A program made the translations under genes and the position numbers. Shown one piece after another: positions 9,998-18,752 of a stretch of 64,000 nt of DNA (positions are counted from its first letter, which is position 1; each line of letters begins with the position of its first letter). Below the pieces are notes generated by a model. It had not been told where the DNA came from. It did not search any database and was given only the letters and a program-made list of their open reading frames with translations. This stretch comes from an uncultured Acidobacteriota bacterium (lineage in GTDB: Bacteria > Acidobacteriota > Vicinamibacteria > Vicinamibacterales > UBA2999), in contig CAVRKI010000004.1 in the NCBI GenBank assembly GCA_963721715.1, positions 1,354,500 to 1,418,499 of the forward strand, given 5' to 3'.

Positions 9998-11110
9998 ATG
10001 CCACCACAGCCTCAACCCGATCCGGGGCCGCGTGCACCTGCCGCGAAGCCCGGTGCCCGTCGCTGGCTCCTGTTCATCCATCAGCTGCCAGCGTCGCCGT
10101 CGAACCTGCGGGTTCGCACGTGGCGCCGCCTGCAGCAGCTCGGAGCCGTGCCGGTGAAGCAGGCGGTCTACGTACTGCCCGACTCTCCGACCGCCCGCGA
10201 GGATTTCGAGTGGCTGAAGACTGAGATCAAGGGGGCCGGCGGTGATGCAACCGTCTTCGCGGCCGACAGCGTTGATACCTGGTCTGGTGATTCCCTCGTC
10301 GAGGAGTTCAGGCGGACCCGGCAGGACGCCTACCTGGCGCTCGCGCGCGACATCGAACAGGTCTTAGGGCGCCTCAACGCCGCGCGCCGTCCACGAGGAA
10401 CACGCAAGCCGGCCGCCGGCCGCCTGCTCGAGGTCTTCCGCAAGCGCCTGGCAGCGCTGGAGCACATCGACTTCTTCGGCAGCGCCGGCCGCGATCGCGT
10501 CGTAACGCTATTGGCACAGCTCGAAGGCCGCATCCGTGACACGCCTGGCGCAGACGCCACTGCGACTACCGGCCCTGTGGACACCACGGCCTACGGCGGT
10601 CGGTTGTGGGTGACTCGGCCTCGTCCGGGCATCGACCGCATGGGCTCGGCGTGGCTGATTCGACGCTTCATCGATGCTGAAGCGCGATTTGGGTTCGCAA
10701 TCGACCGCGAGTCCCTTCCGGCCGCGGACGCGGTTCCGTTCGACATGTTCGGTGTCGAGTTCAGCCACCGGGGTGAGGGCTGCACGTTCGAGACCCTGTG
10801 CACCGTCTTCGGCATCACGGATCCGGCCGTGGCTCGCATCGCCCAGATCGTGCACGACCTCGACCTGAAGGACGGCCGCTTCGGCGCCCCCGACGCAGGC
10901 ACGGTGGGCACGCTGATCGAGGGGCTCCAGCTGACCACGGCCGAGGACGACCTGCTGCTGGAGCGCGGAGTCACGCTGTTCGAGTCGCTCTATCGCGCGT
11001 TTGCGCAGTCAGCGCGAGCCTCTGGCCCACGGCCCATCGCTGAGCCCCGCACACGCGGGCGTGCGACCGGAGCGAGCCGTCGGCCCGCCTCCCGGCGGCG
11101 ACCGCGGTGA
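9998..11110 (+). CDS. chrB: Chromate resistance protein ChrB
   Basis: N-domain WLLFIHQLP..RVRTWRRL..AVYVLP, IDFFG; C-domain WVTRPRPGIDRMGSAWLIRRFID, FSHRGEGCTFE, IVHDLD. Confidence 0.92.
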   Translation: MPPQPQPDPGPRAPAAKPGARRWLLFIHQLPASPSNLRVRTWRRLQQLGAVPVKQAVYVLPDSPTAREDFEWLKTEIKGAGGDATVFAADSVDTWSGDSLVEEFRRTRQDAYLALARDIEQVLGRLNAARRPRGTRKPAAGRLLEVFRKRLAALEHIDFFGSAGRDRVVTLLAQLEGRIRDTPGADATATTGPVDTTAYGGRLWVTRPRPGIDRMGSAWLIRRFIDAEARFGFAIDRESLPAADAVPFDMFGVEFSHRGEGCTFETLCTVFGITDPAVARIAQIVHDLDLKDGRFGAPDAGTVGTLIEGLQLTTAEDDLLLERGVTLFESLYRAFAQSARASGPRPIAEPRTRGRATGASRRPASRRRPR

Positions 11111-11401
11111 CGCTTCCAGAGACGCAAGATGTCTCCCTCCGCGGCCGCGGGCGAACAGTGGCAGCTGCGGGGCCTGGCAGATGGCGTCACTGCAACACAC
11201 ACGCCGCGCAGCTTGTCCTCAACGGCGCGTTAAGCGCCTTCCTTCCGTCTATGGTCGTGACGTCTTCGGACTGCCTACGCCTCAGCTCGGCTGGCTGTTC
11301 GCCGGCCGAACCGTTTACTTGGCCATGCAAGGTGCGGTTCGACCATCGGCCCTGCCTTGTCGCGATGGGGCGATCTGACGCCCCGATGACTCTAGTGGAC
11401 T

Positions 11402-11641
11402 TCAGGCTCGCAGCCAGCCCTCGGGCACGAAGGTGGGGGCGGCGGCCATCTCCCATTCGAGACCGGCCAGGGTGTCCTCGACGGCTTCGGTACGCTGGCG
11501 GAACAGCGCCTCGGACGAGAAGGTCTCGACGGTACGGGTGCCGTTGGCCCGGTGCCAGACCAGTTCGTAGAACCGGCTGGCCGGGTTGAACCGGGTTTCG
11601 ATCCTCAACGTTTCCGAGCCGCGTTCGTAGAACCAGATCAT
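11402..11641 (-). CDS. Small hypothetical protein
   Basis: 79-aa ORF MIWFYERGSETLRIETRF with globular composition. Confidence 0.6.
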   Translation of the reverse strand: MIWFYERGSETLRIETRFNPASRFYELVWHRANGTRTVETFSSEALFRQRTEAVEDTLAGLEWEMAAAPTFVPEGWLRA

Positions 11642-11737
11642 GGGAGGGGGACCTCACCACCTAATAGCGGCAAATGCCGCCGCCGCGCCTCACGGGCTCG
11701 ACGGAGAGGGTGAAGGTCGCCGCCAACGAGGTTCCGA

Positions 11738-11998
11738 CTAGCTGGCCCGGTCGAGGCTCCCCCGCAGGCGGGCCAGGACCTCGTCCTGCACCGGTTCCGG
11801 CGCCCCCAACTGCCGGCGCAGGCTCGAGAGCAGGTGGGCGATGTCGGCGCCGAACTGCTCGCACAACCGGCATTGGCACAGATGCGCCTCGACCTGCCGC
11901 CGGCGATCGTCCGCCAGATCGCCATCGAGGAAATCGCTGAGCGCGGCCATCACCGCCGAGCAGGTCAGGCCGGCGACTTCACGTTCATCGGGTCGCAC
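11738..11998 (-). CDS. Anti-sigma factor, zf-HC2 zinc finger
   Basis: C..LSDFLDGDL..HLCQCRLC; overlaps the ECF sigma stop. Confidence 0.85.
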   Translation of the reverse strand: MRPDEREVAGLTCSAVMAALSDFLDGDLADDRRRQVEAHLCQCRLCEQFGADIAHLLSSLRRQLGAPEPVQDEVLARLRGSLDRAS

Positions 11999-12569
11999 GG
12001 AACACCTCGCTCTTCACCCGCGCTGCCAGGGTCATCCGGGCGCGGTGCAATCGGCTCTTCATCGCCGGCAGGCTGAGGCCGAGCAGGCCTGCCGCATCTT
12101 CACCAGACAGCCCTTCCAGATCGCGGAGGGTGAGGATTTCGCGATCGTCCGCGGTCAGTGCGGCAAACGCCGACGTCAGCAACTCACGGTGTTCAGCGGC
12201 GAGGGCCAGGGCTTCCGGATTCGAGCCACCCCAGCCCGCCTGCATCCCGAGCTCGTCGATCGGCGTGTCGTCCAGGGGCTCGCGCGACGCGCGCTCGCGC
12301 ATCCGGAGCGCCGTGTGCCGCGTGATCGTCAGCAGCCAGGTGCGCGCGCTCGCCTCGCCCCGAAACTGGCTGGCCCCCTTCCAGGCCGCCAGGAACGTGT
12401 GCTGCAGGACGTCCTCCGCCTCTTCAGTTCGCGCCATCAGCAGGCGCGCCAAGCGGAAGACGCTGGCGTGATGCCGCGTCACAATCGCGTCGAACGCCGT
12501 CCGGTCGCCCTCCGCCGAGCGGCGCAGGAGCTGGACGTCGGTCAGGCCCCGGTCTTGCGAATCGGACAC
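11985..12569 (-). CDS. ECF RNA polymerase sigma factor
   Basis: AEDVLQHTFLAAWK..FRGEASARTWL (region 2), LRDLEGLSGEDAA..MKSRLHRAR (region 4); GTG start inferred. Confidence 0.92.
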   Translation of the reverse strand: MSDSQDRGLTDVQLLRRSAEGDRTAFDAIVTRHHASVFRLARLLMARTEEAEDVLQHTFLAAWKGASQFRGEASARTWLLTITRHTALRMRERASREPLDDTPIDELGMQAGWGGSNPEALALAAEHRELLTSAFAALTADDREILTLRDLEGLSGEDAAGLLGLSLPAMKSRLHRARMTLAARVKSEVFRATR

Positions 12570-12754
12570 GTGGAGATCCCCAGGACGGTGTACAGCGGGC
12601 AGCTGCCCACCAGACCGGTCAACACCGGCACCAGACCAACATAGCCCCACGGCCCGATGCTGCCCGCCACGGCCAGACCGATCAGCGCCAGACCGGCGAC
12701 GACCCGCACCACACGTTCGATCGGATGCTCGTTCACGCTCAGAAAGCGGCTCAT
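12542..12754 (-). CDS. DUF2892 (YgaP-like) membrane protein
   Basis: NEHPIERVVRVVAG..TGLVGSCPLYTVLGISTC. Confidence 0.88.
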   Translation of the reverse strand: MSRFLSVNEHPIERVVRVVAGLALIGLAVAGSIGPWGYVGLVPVLTGLVGSCPLYTVLGISTCPIRKTGA

Positions 12755-12765
12755 AATATCCTCCC

Positions 12766-13833
12766 TTGCCCTTCCATGACATAGAGCCGGGCCAGAGGAA
12801 AAGGATTCGCACCCGGCTGGCCGTCACCGCCGCCGTGATGCTCGTGGCGGCGCTCGTGGCCTGCCGCGCCGTACCGCCCGCGCCGGCGCTCGCCGAAGAG
12901 ACGCGGATGGCCATGGGCTCGGAGCTGCGCATCGCGGTCTGGACCGCTGAGCCGGTGGCCGCGCAGACGGCGATCGACGCGGCGTTCGCCGAGTTCGATC
13001 GCCTCGAGAGTGCGCTCAGCGTGTGGCGCGCGGAGAGCGACGTCCAGCGGCTGAATGCCGCGGCCGGGGGCGATGCCGTGGCCGTCGGGCCGGACCTGCT
13101 GGCGGTGCTCGACGCCGCGCAGGATGCCAGCCGAGAGACGAACGGCGCCTTCGACATCACCTTTGGCGCACTGAGCGACATCTGGCGATTCGACCACGAT
13201 CAGGACAACCGCGTGCCCTCACCCGAGGAGATCGCGGCGCGCCTGCCGCTGGTCGACCATGCGGCCGTGATCACCGATCGCGCCGCCGGCACCGCGCGCA
13301 TCACCAGGCCGGGCGTGAAGGTACATCTGGGCGGCATCGGCAAGGGCTATGCGGTGGACCGCGCGGCCGCGATCCTGCGCACCGCCGGGTTCAGCGACTT
13401 CGCGCTGCAGGCGGGAGGCGACCTGTATGCGTCCGGACGGCGGGGCGACCGGCCCTGGCGTGTGGGACTGAACGATCCGCGCGGCGCGGGCGGCGACAGC
13501 TTCGCCACCATCGAGCTCCGCAACGAAACCTTCTCGACTTCCGGCGACTACGAGCGGTTCTTCCTGAAGGACGGCGTGCGTTACCACCACATCCTCGACC
13601 CGCGCACAGGGCAGCCGGCCCGCCTGTGCCGGAGCGTCACCATCGTGGCCTCGAGCGCGTTGCAGGCCGACTGGCTCTCCACGGGCGTGTTCATCATGGG
13701 ACCCGACGAAGGGATGGCGCTCGTGGAGCGCCTGCCTGGGGTCGAGGCCGTGATCGTCACGGCCGGGAATGAGGTGCAGGTCTCGAGCGGACTGCGCGAT
13801 CGCTTGCAGCAGGAGCGCCAGCCGACACCCTAG
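12766..13833 (+). CDS. apbE: FAD:protein FMN transferase (flavin transferase), lipoprotein
   Basis: AMGS, GAFDIT, HLGGIGKGYAVD, STSGDYERF, RYHHILDPRTG; LVAC lipobox; true start may be further downstream. Confidence 0.95.
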   Translation: MPFHDIEPGQRKRIRTRLAVTAAVMLVAALVACRAVPPAPALAEETRMAMGSELRIAVWTAEPVAAQTAIDAAFAEFDRLESALSVWRAESDVQRLNAAAGGDAVAVGPDLLAVLDAAQDASRETNGAFDITFGALSDIWRFDHDQDNRVPSPEEIAARLPLVDHAAVITDRAAGTARITRPGVKVHLGGIGKGYAVDRAAAILRTAGFSDFALQAGGDLYASGRRGDRPWRVGLNDPRGAGGDSFATIELRNETFSTSGDYERFFLKDGVRYHHILDPRTGQPARLCRSVTIVASSALQADWLSTGVFIMGPDEGMALVERLPGVEAVIVTAGNEVQVSSGLRDRLQQERQPTP

Positions 13834-13860
13834 CGGGCTTCCGGCGGGCTGAAGCCCGCC
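13833..13860. repeat. GC hairpin, REP-like palindrome after apbE
   Basis: GCGGGCTTC..GAAGCCCGC and nested GGCGGGCT-GA-AGCCCGCC. Confidence 0.45.
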
Positions 13861-14058
13861 CAGGGGCTTGGGGCGCGGGTTTGGGTCAATCCCCAGATTT
13901 CCCTGCTGCTTCCTAGTTCCCGGCCCCTGGTTCCTGAGCTCCTGGCTCCCGCCACACGCGAAACGGACCGCGTGAGTCCGTCACTATCCGCATGATGACA
14001 GGAACGCCAGATACCCGAATCCCTCTTGCGGCGTTCCCTGGTCCCTGATCCCTGTTCT

Positions 14059-15059
14059 TCAGTGACAGAGCGTCATGCCGCGGTCCACCGCGTTCCCGGC
14101 GACGTCCAGGAACTCCCACTCGTAGAGGGAGGGCTCCAGCTTCAGACGGAGGACACCGTGCGATTGGATGACGAGCTCAGAGCTGGCCGCCGCGCGGCCG
14201 CGCGAATAGAGCGGGGCGCCACCCGTACCGGCGGTGAACTGCCGGATGCCCCGGTTCGGGTCGGGCCGCTGGTTGGCGTCCATTGGCGCGAACCGCTCGT
14301 AGAGGTGATCGTGGCCGGCGAGCATCACGTCCGCGCCGTTGTCGTAGAGCAGTTCCCAGATGTCGCGCAGCCAGGGATTCGGACCGTTCTGCCCGGAGCT
14401 ATCGAAGGGGTGGTGGACGGCCGCCAGGGTGCAGCGGCTCGGTTCGTTGCGGAGTTGATTCTGGACCCAGGTGTACTGCTCCGACCCCCGGCCGAGCGGC
14501 ACGGAGGAATTCAGCATCAGCACCTTCCAGGACGCGGCATTGAACGCGTAGAACCCCCGGCGGCTCGGGCCGGCCCGGTCACCGAAGTAGGAAAAATAGC
14601 CGTCCGCGCTGGGATGACCGTAGTCGTGGTTGCCCGGAAGCGCTTTGATTCGGGCGCCCAGCCGGCCGAAATCGGGATCGAAACACCTCCGGAACTCCTC
14701 GGCGGTACCGTTCATGTAGGCGAGGTCCCCCAGCATCAAGACATCTCCAGGGAGGTTGGCCAGCAACTGGCCCACCTTGGCCATGCCCGTGGAGCCGCAC
14801 CAGCCGGTATCGCCGATCGCGTTGATCGTCGCCGAACCGTGGCCAATGGGTAATGGAGAGGGTGGAGGGAGGATGGGGGGCTGGGAGGCGTCGTCGGGTC
14901 ACCGCTGGGCGAGCCAGCGGACGTACCACCGACAGCCAACTCAGCTGTCGGCTGCGAAGCGACCGAGGGGGCGGTCGGTGACCCCCCGCACCACGCCGAT
15001 GCCAGCGCACACACGACCGACAAGGTCAGACCGAGCTTCCGGGGGGAGCTGGGTGACAA
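14059..15059 (-). CDS. Calcineurin-like metallophosphoesterase, probable lipoprotein; frameshift near 14865
   Basis: GDTG, GDLAY, GNHDY, HHP, GHDHLYER motifs; signal and CGGSPTAPS plus Pro linker lie in another frame (ORF 14736-15116); start approximate. Confidence 0.8.
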
Positions 15060-15129
15060 ATTTCGAACCTCTGTGCCCTGTGGATCGGGGACGATCGACC
15101 GAAGGCTGGTGTACATTGGATTTTAAGCC

Positions 15130-16401
15130 ATGAGACATCTCAGAGCAACGATTGTTCTGCTCCTGACGTTGTCGGTCGTGCCGACAGCGAGTTCGGCACA
15201 GACGCCGGATGACCTGTTCAATGGTCAGGTGCTGCAGCGGGTGGACCTGCTCATGCACTCTGCTGACTGGAGCAAGCTGAAGGAAAACTTCCAGACCAAC
15301 GACTACTATCCCGCCGATCTCACCTGGAATGGGCAGACGGTTCGCAACACCGGGGTTCGGTCCCGGGGCCTCGGGTCACGCAGCGGCACCAAGCCCGGGC
15401 TGCGCGTGGATTTCGATCGCTACTCCACCGACCAGGAATTCCTTGGCCTCAAGTCACTGGTCCTCGACAACCTCACGCAGGATTCGTCCGGCATTCACGA
15501 GACCGTGACGATGGCGCTCTTCGGGCGGCTCGGCATCCCCGCGCCCCGCGAGGCCCACACGCGGCTCTACGTGAACAACGAGTACGTCGGCCTGTACGTC
15601 ATCGTCGAATCGGTCGACAAGGACCTGCTGGCCCGGGTCTTCGGCGTGATCGACGAAGACACCCAGAACGACGGCTACCTCTTCGAGTTCAACTACGAGG
15701 ACGAGTGGCGGCTCGAATACCTCGGCGATGAGCTGCGGCCCTACATGGAACGCTTTGACGCCAAGACGAACGAGTCGAAGAGCGACGAGCAGAAGTACCG
15801 GCCCATCGAGGAACTCGTGCGATTGGTGAACGAGACGCGCGAGGATCGCCTGCCCGAAGCGATCGGCGGCCTGCTCGACCTCTCCGCCTTCGTCCGCTTC
15901 GTCGCCGCCCAGAACTTCCTGGCGGAAGCCGATGGCTTCCTCGGGGCCTGGGGCGTCAACAACTTCTATCTCTATCGCCTGGAGAACCGCGACCAGCACG
16001 TGCTGATCGCGTGGGACGACGACAACACCTTCTGGGGGCCCACCTTCCCCACCAACGAGGGGCACGACGCCAACGTCCTGATGAGCAAGCTGATGCGGCT
16101 GCCCGAGTACCGCACGATGTATGACGCCGAGCTCCAGCGCGCCATGGACAGCGCGGCCGAGCCCGTGGGCGAGAGCACGTGGATGGACACCGAGATCCGG
16201 CGGCAACTGGAGCTGATCGATCGGGCGATGCGCGAGGACCCGGCGCGGCCCTACTCCGAGAACCAGTTCGATGGCGCGCGCGGCGAGATGGCGGCCTTCA
16301 CCCGGGACCGGATCGCGTTTGTCCGCTGCGAGATGGAGCGCGGTCCCCGAAGCGGCTGCGAGTCGGTGGTCGGTGCCGCGGCGGCCGTGCGGCCACACTG
16401 A
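15130..16401 (+). CDS. CotH kinase family exported protein
   Basis: GVRSRGLGSR..KPGLRVDFD, LYVNNEYVGLY..VESVDK, NNFYLY, IAWDDDNTF; signal peptide. Confidence 0.9.
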   Translation: MRHLRATIVLLLTLSVVPTASSAQTPDDLFNGQVLQRVDLLMHSADWSKLKENFQTNDYYPADLTWNGQTVRNTGVRSRGLGSRSGTKPGLRVDFDRYSTDQEFLGLKSLVLDNLTQDSSGIHETVTMALFGRLGIPAPREAHTRLYVNNEYVGLYVIVESVDKDLLARVFGVIDEDTQNDGYLFEFNYEDEWRLEYLGDELRPYMERFDAKTNESKSDEQKYRPIEELVRLVNETREDRLPEAIGGLLDLSAFVRFVAAQNFLAEADGFLGAWGVNNFYLYRLENRDQHVLIAWDDDNTFWGPTFPTNEGHDANVLMSKLMRLPEYRTMYDAELQRAMDSAAEPVGESTWMDTEIRRQLELIDRAMREDPARPYSENQFDGARGEMAAFTRDRIAFVRCEMERGPRSGCESVVGAAAAVRPH

Positions 16402-16464
16402 CCGAGGACGGAGGGCTGCGCCTGGCTCGAGGCGCGCCCCAACGATCCCCAGCCGCGCCCGAGC

Positions 16465-17349
16465 CTAGATCGGCTTGAGCGGCAGGACCTTGAGCTTCTT
16501 CGCCTGGTAATCCAGGATGCGCCAGTGCGGGCACTTCTGCTCGTCCGCATACAGCCGCTCGCAGTCGTCGCAGCGCACGCACTCGGTCACCAGGATCTTC
16601 CCACCCTGGATCGCGCCCCACTCGCAGGTCTTCTGGCACAGCCGGCAGGTGCTGCACTCGGACCAGCGCTTGATCTTGAAGACGGTGAGGTTCGAAATGA
16701 TGCCGAGCGTGGCGCCGACCGGGCACAGGAACCGGCAATAGGCATTCCGCACGAACACGCTGGCCGCGAGCAGCACGCCGACGCCGATCCACATCGGCGT
16801 CGTTCCCACCAGCGTGAACATCCAGAACGGCTCGACGAAGCGATAGATCGTGATGTCCTTGGTGACGAGGAAGTACACCAGCACGCTGCCGAGCAGCCCG
16901 AACTTGATCCACGCCGCGCGCTGTTCGATGGCCCGCGGTACCTCGAAGCGAAGGCGCGCCGGCAGCACCGCGTCCATCAACTGGGTCAGCGCGCCGAAGG
17001 CGCACACCCGCCCGCAGTAGAAGCGCCCGAACAGCACCGTCGTCACGACGGTGACGCCGGCCAGCAGGTACCACGTCAGCGTGGAGCGGAACAGTGGCAG
17101 GTCCGCCTGCATCAGGCGAAACACGTCCGTGATCGAGATCAGGCTGCTCTTGTAGAACCCCATGTACGCCACGGAAGCGACCAGCGTCGCGTACTTGAGG
17201 GGGATGCTCTTGCGGCGGAAGCTGATGTAGGCGAACGTGAAGAAGACGACCAGCGCCACCAGGTCCGGGAGCTGCGGCCGCAGGACGTCGGCGAAGGTCT
17301 CGACCGGGGGCTCGTCGAAGCCCCAGGGATCCACCTCCGGCTGAATCAC
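16465..17349 (-). CDS. Membrane polyferredoxin (NosR/NirI C-terminal or NapH-like, 4Fe-4S binding)
   Basis: FYCGRVCAFGA, VEPF, YCRFLCPVGA, CSTCRLCQKTC, CVRCDDC; TM helices. Confidence 0.9.
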   Translation of the reverse strand: MIQPEVDPWGFDEPPVETFADVLRPQLPDLVALVVFFTFAYISFRRKSIPLKYATLVASVAYMGFYKSSLISITDVFRLMQADLPLFRSTLTWYLLAGVTVVTTVLFGRFYCGRVCAFGALTQLMDAVLPARLRFEVPRAIEQRAAWIKFGLLGSVLVYFLVTKDITIYRFVEPFWMFTLVGTTPMWIGVGVLLAASVFVRNAYCRFLCPVGATLGIISNLTVFKIKRWSECSTCRLCQKTCEWGAIQGGKILVTECVRCDDCERLYADEQKCPHWRILDYQAKKLKVLPLKPI

Positions 17350-17885
17350 TGCTGCTTCACCGATGCCGGGTTCAGGAACTGACGCGCCATGGCGCGCGAG
17401 CTGTCGCGGATGGCGCGCACCGCGCTGTTCATCGTGATGCTCGCCCGCGAGACCATGTCGATGTCCTGCCCGAGACGGAACGGATCGCGCACGCTCTTGC
17501 CCTTGAACTGCGCCACGAACGCCGGCGGTTGCACCGAGAAGTAGCCGTAGGGCTCGGAGTCGTAGTCGAGCACGACGCCGGTGATGATGCCGGTGAGGTC
17601 CAGGCCGATCAGGAAGTGGATGGCGCCGTGATAGCCGCGCTCCTGGGGCACGAGGTCGGTGGACCAGAACGCATAACCGATCGGCTGCGCATCGGGTTTC
17701 GTCTTCGGATCGACGGCGTAGGCCTTGAAGTGGAGCGGCGTGCCCTCGAGCGGCGAGAACGCCACCGCCTGGGGAAAGAGCTTCTTCAGATGCGCGTCCG
17801 GTTTGGGATTGGTGAAGATGCGATCCGCGGCCCAGGCCACCGAAACGGTGGCGACGACGAGCCCGATGGCCAGCAGCGTTCTCAC
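17346..17885 (-). CDS. Exported FMN-binding (FMN_bind) protein, NosR N-terminal-like
   Basis: Signal peptide, RGYHGAIHFLIGLDLTGIITGV, FVAQFKGKS, DIDMVSRASIT flavinylation-site-like motif; overlaps the polyferredoxin start. Confidence 0.82.
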   Translation of the reverse strand: MRTLLAIGLVVATVSVAWAADRIFTNPKPDAHLKKLFPQAVAFSPLEGTPLHFKAYAVDPKTKPDAQPIGYAFWSTDLVPQERGYHGAIHFLIGLDLTGIITGVVLDYDSEPYGYFSVQPPAFVAQFKGKSVRDPFRLGQDIDMVSRASITMNSAVRAIRDSSRAMARQFLNPASVKQQ

Positions 17886-18214
17886 GATACGTCTCCGATT
17901 GCTCCGGACGGGAGCTGCTCGAGCCGAACCCGCAGGTAGGCCACGCCCATGAGCAGCACCATCAGTTTTCCGCCGCCCGTCATGCCGTTGGCGCAACTCA
18001 GGCGGACCTCTTCTCCCGGCGCCGCCTCGAACTCGAGGCTCGTGCCGAACAGCGTGTTGTGAGCTTTTATCACATGCCGCCCCGGAGCGATATCCTGAGC
18101 GAAGGTTTTCCCATAGGCCAGGTTGGCGATCCGCTCGCCGTCCACCCACAACTGAATGGTCCGATCCTGCACATCGTCAGGCTGACCTCGGCTGATGCTC
18201 AGGCGTGCGGTCAT
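17882..18214 (-). CDS. Hypothetical protein (paralog of the upstream neighbour)
   Basis: DVQDRTIQLWVDGE..PGRHVIKAHNTLF..LSCANG; translationally coupled. Confidence 0.7.
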   Translation of the reverse strand: MTARLSISRGQPDDVQDRTIQLWVDGERIANLAYGKTFAQDIAPGRHVIKAHNTLFGTSLEFEAAPGEEVRLSCANGMTGGGKLMVLLMGVAYLRVRLEQLPSGAIGDVS

Positions 18215-18711
18215 GAATCGGCGGGTTCCCGCTCCATGCGCACCAGCAGATAGGTCACATGCAGCCACATCATGAGAAGCCACCCGGCGCGCGGGAAGCC
18301 ATTGCCGCAGCGGACGCGCGCATGCTCGGCGGGTCGCAGGTCGAGCTCGATGGTCCGCGAGAACAGCGTGTTGAAGGCCCGCACTTTGTGCAAGCCCGGC
18401 TTGAGCTCGCGGGTGATCGAATCACCGTAGCGGACCTTCCCCCACGGCTCGTCGTCCACGAACAAGTAGATCTGGCGGTCGGCGAAGATGTCCCCCTCGT
18501 ACCGCGAGACGGTAAGCTGCGCATCCTTGGTGGCGGCGGGCTCGGACGGCGACGGCTGATCCGGGCCGTGGAACGCCCGCATCAGCACCGACAGGTCGGA
18601 GACGTCGATATCCGGCCCGGTGTCGTGCGGCGCGTCGTGCACCGGGGACGACACGGGCGGGTCGTCGAGCGAAATGCGGGGGCGCCGGGGACCCCGGTGG
18701 AAGCGCGCCAT
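18211..18711 (-). CDS. Hypothetical protein (paralog of the downstream neighbour)
   Basis: DIFADRQIYLFVDDE..PGLHKVRAFNTLF..VRCGNG; GGAGG before ATG 18711. Confidence 0.7.
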   Translation of the reverse strand: MARFHRGPRRPRISLDDPPVSSPVHDAPHDTGPDIDVSDLSVLMRAFHGPDQPSPSEPAATKDAQLTVSRYEGDIFADRQIYLFVDDEPWGKVRYGDSITRELKPGLHKVRAFNTLFSRTIELDLRPAEHARVRCGNGFPRAGWLLMMWLHVTYLLVRMEREPADS

Positions 18712-18752
18712 CGGTCCTCCAGCATACGCCGAAGTTCCGCTAGAATGCGCCG

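Noticed and set aside
11230-11400. ORFs 11001-11378, 11107-11589 and 11187-11660 as genes
   Set aside because: They have no motifs and shadow-like composition; the region is more likely degraded intergenic DNA.
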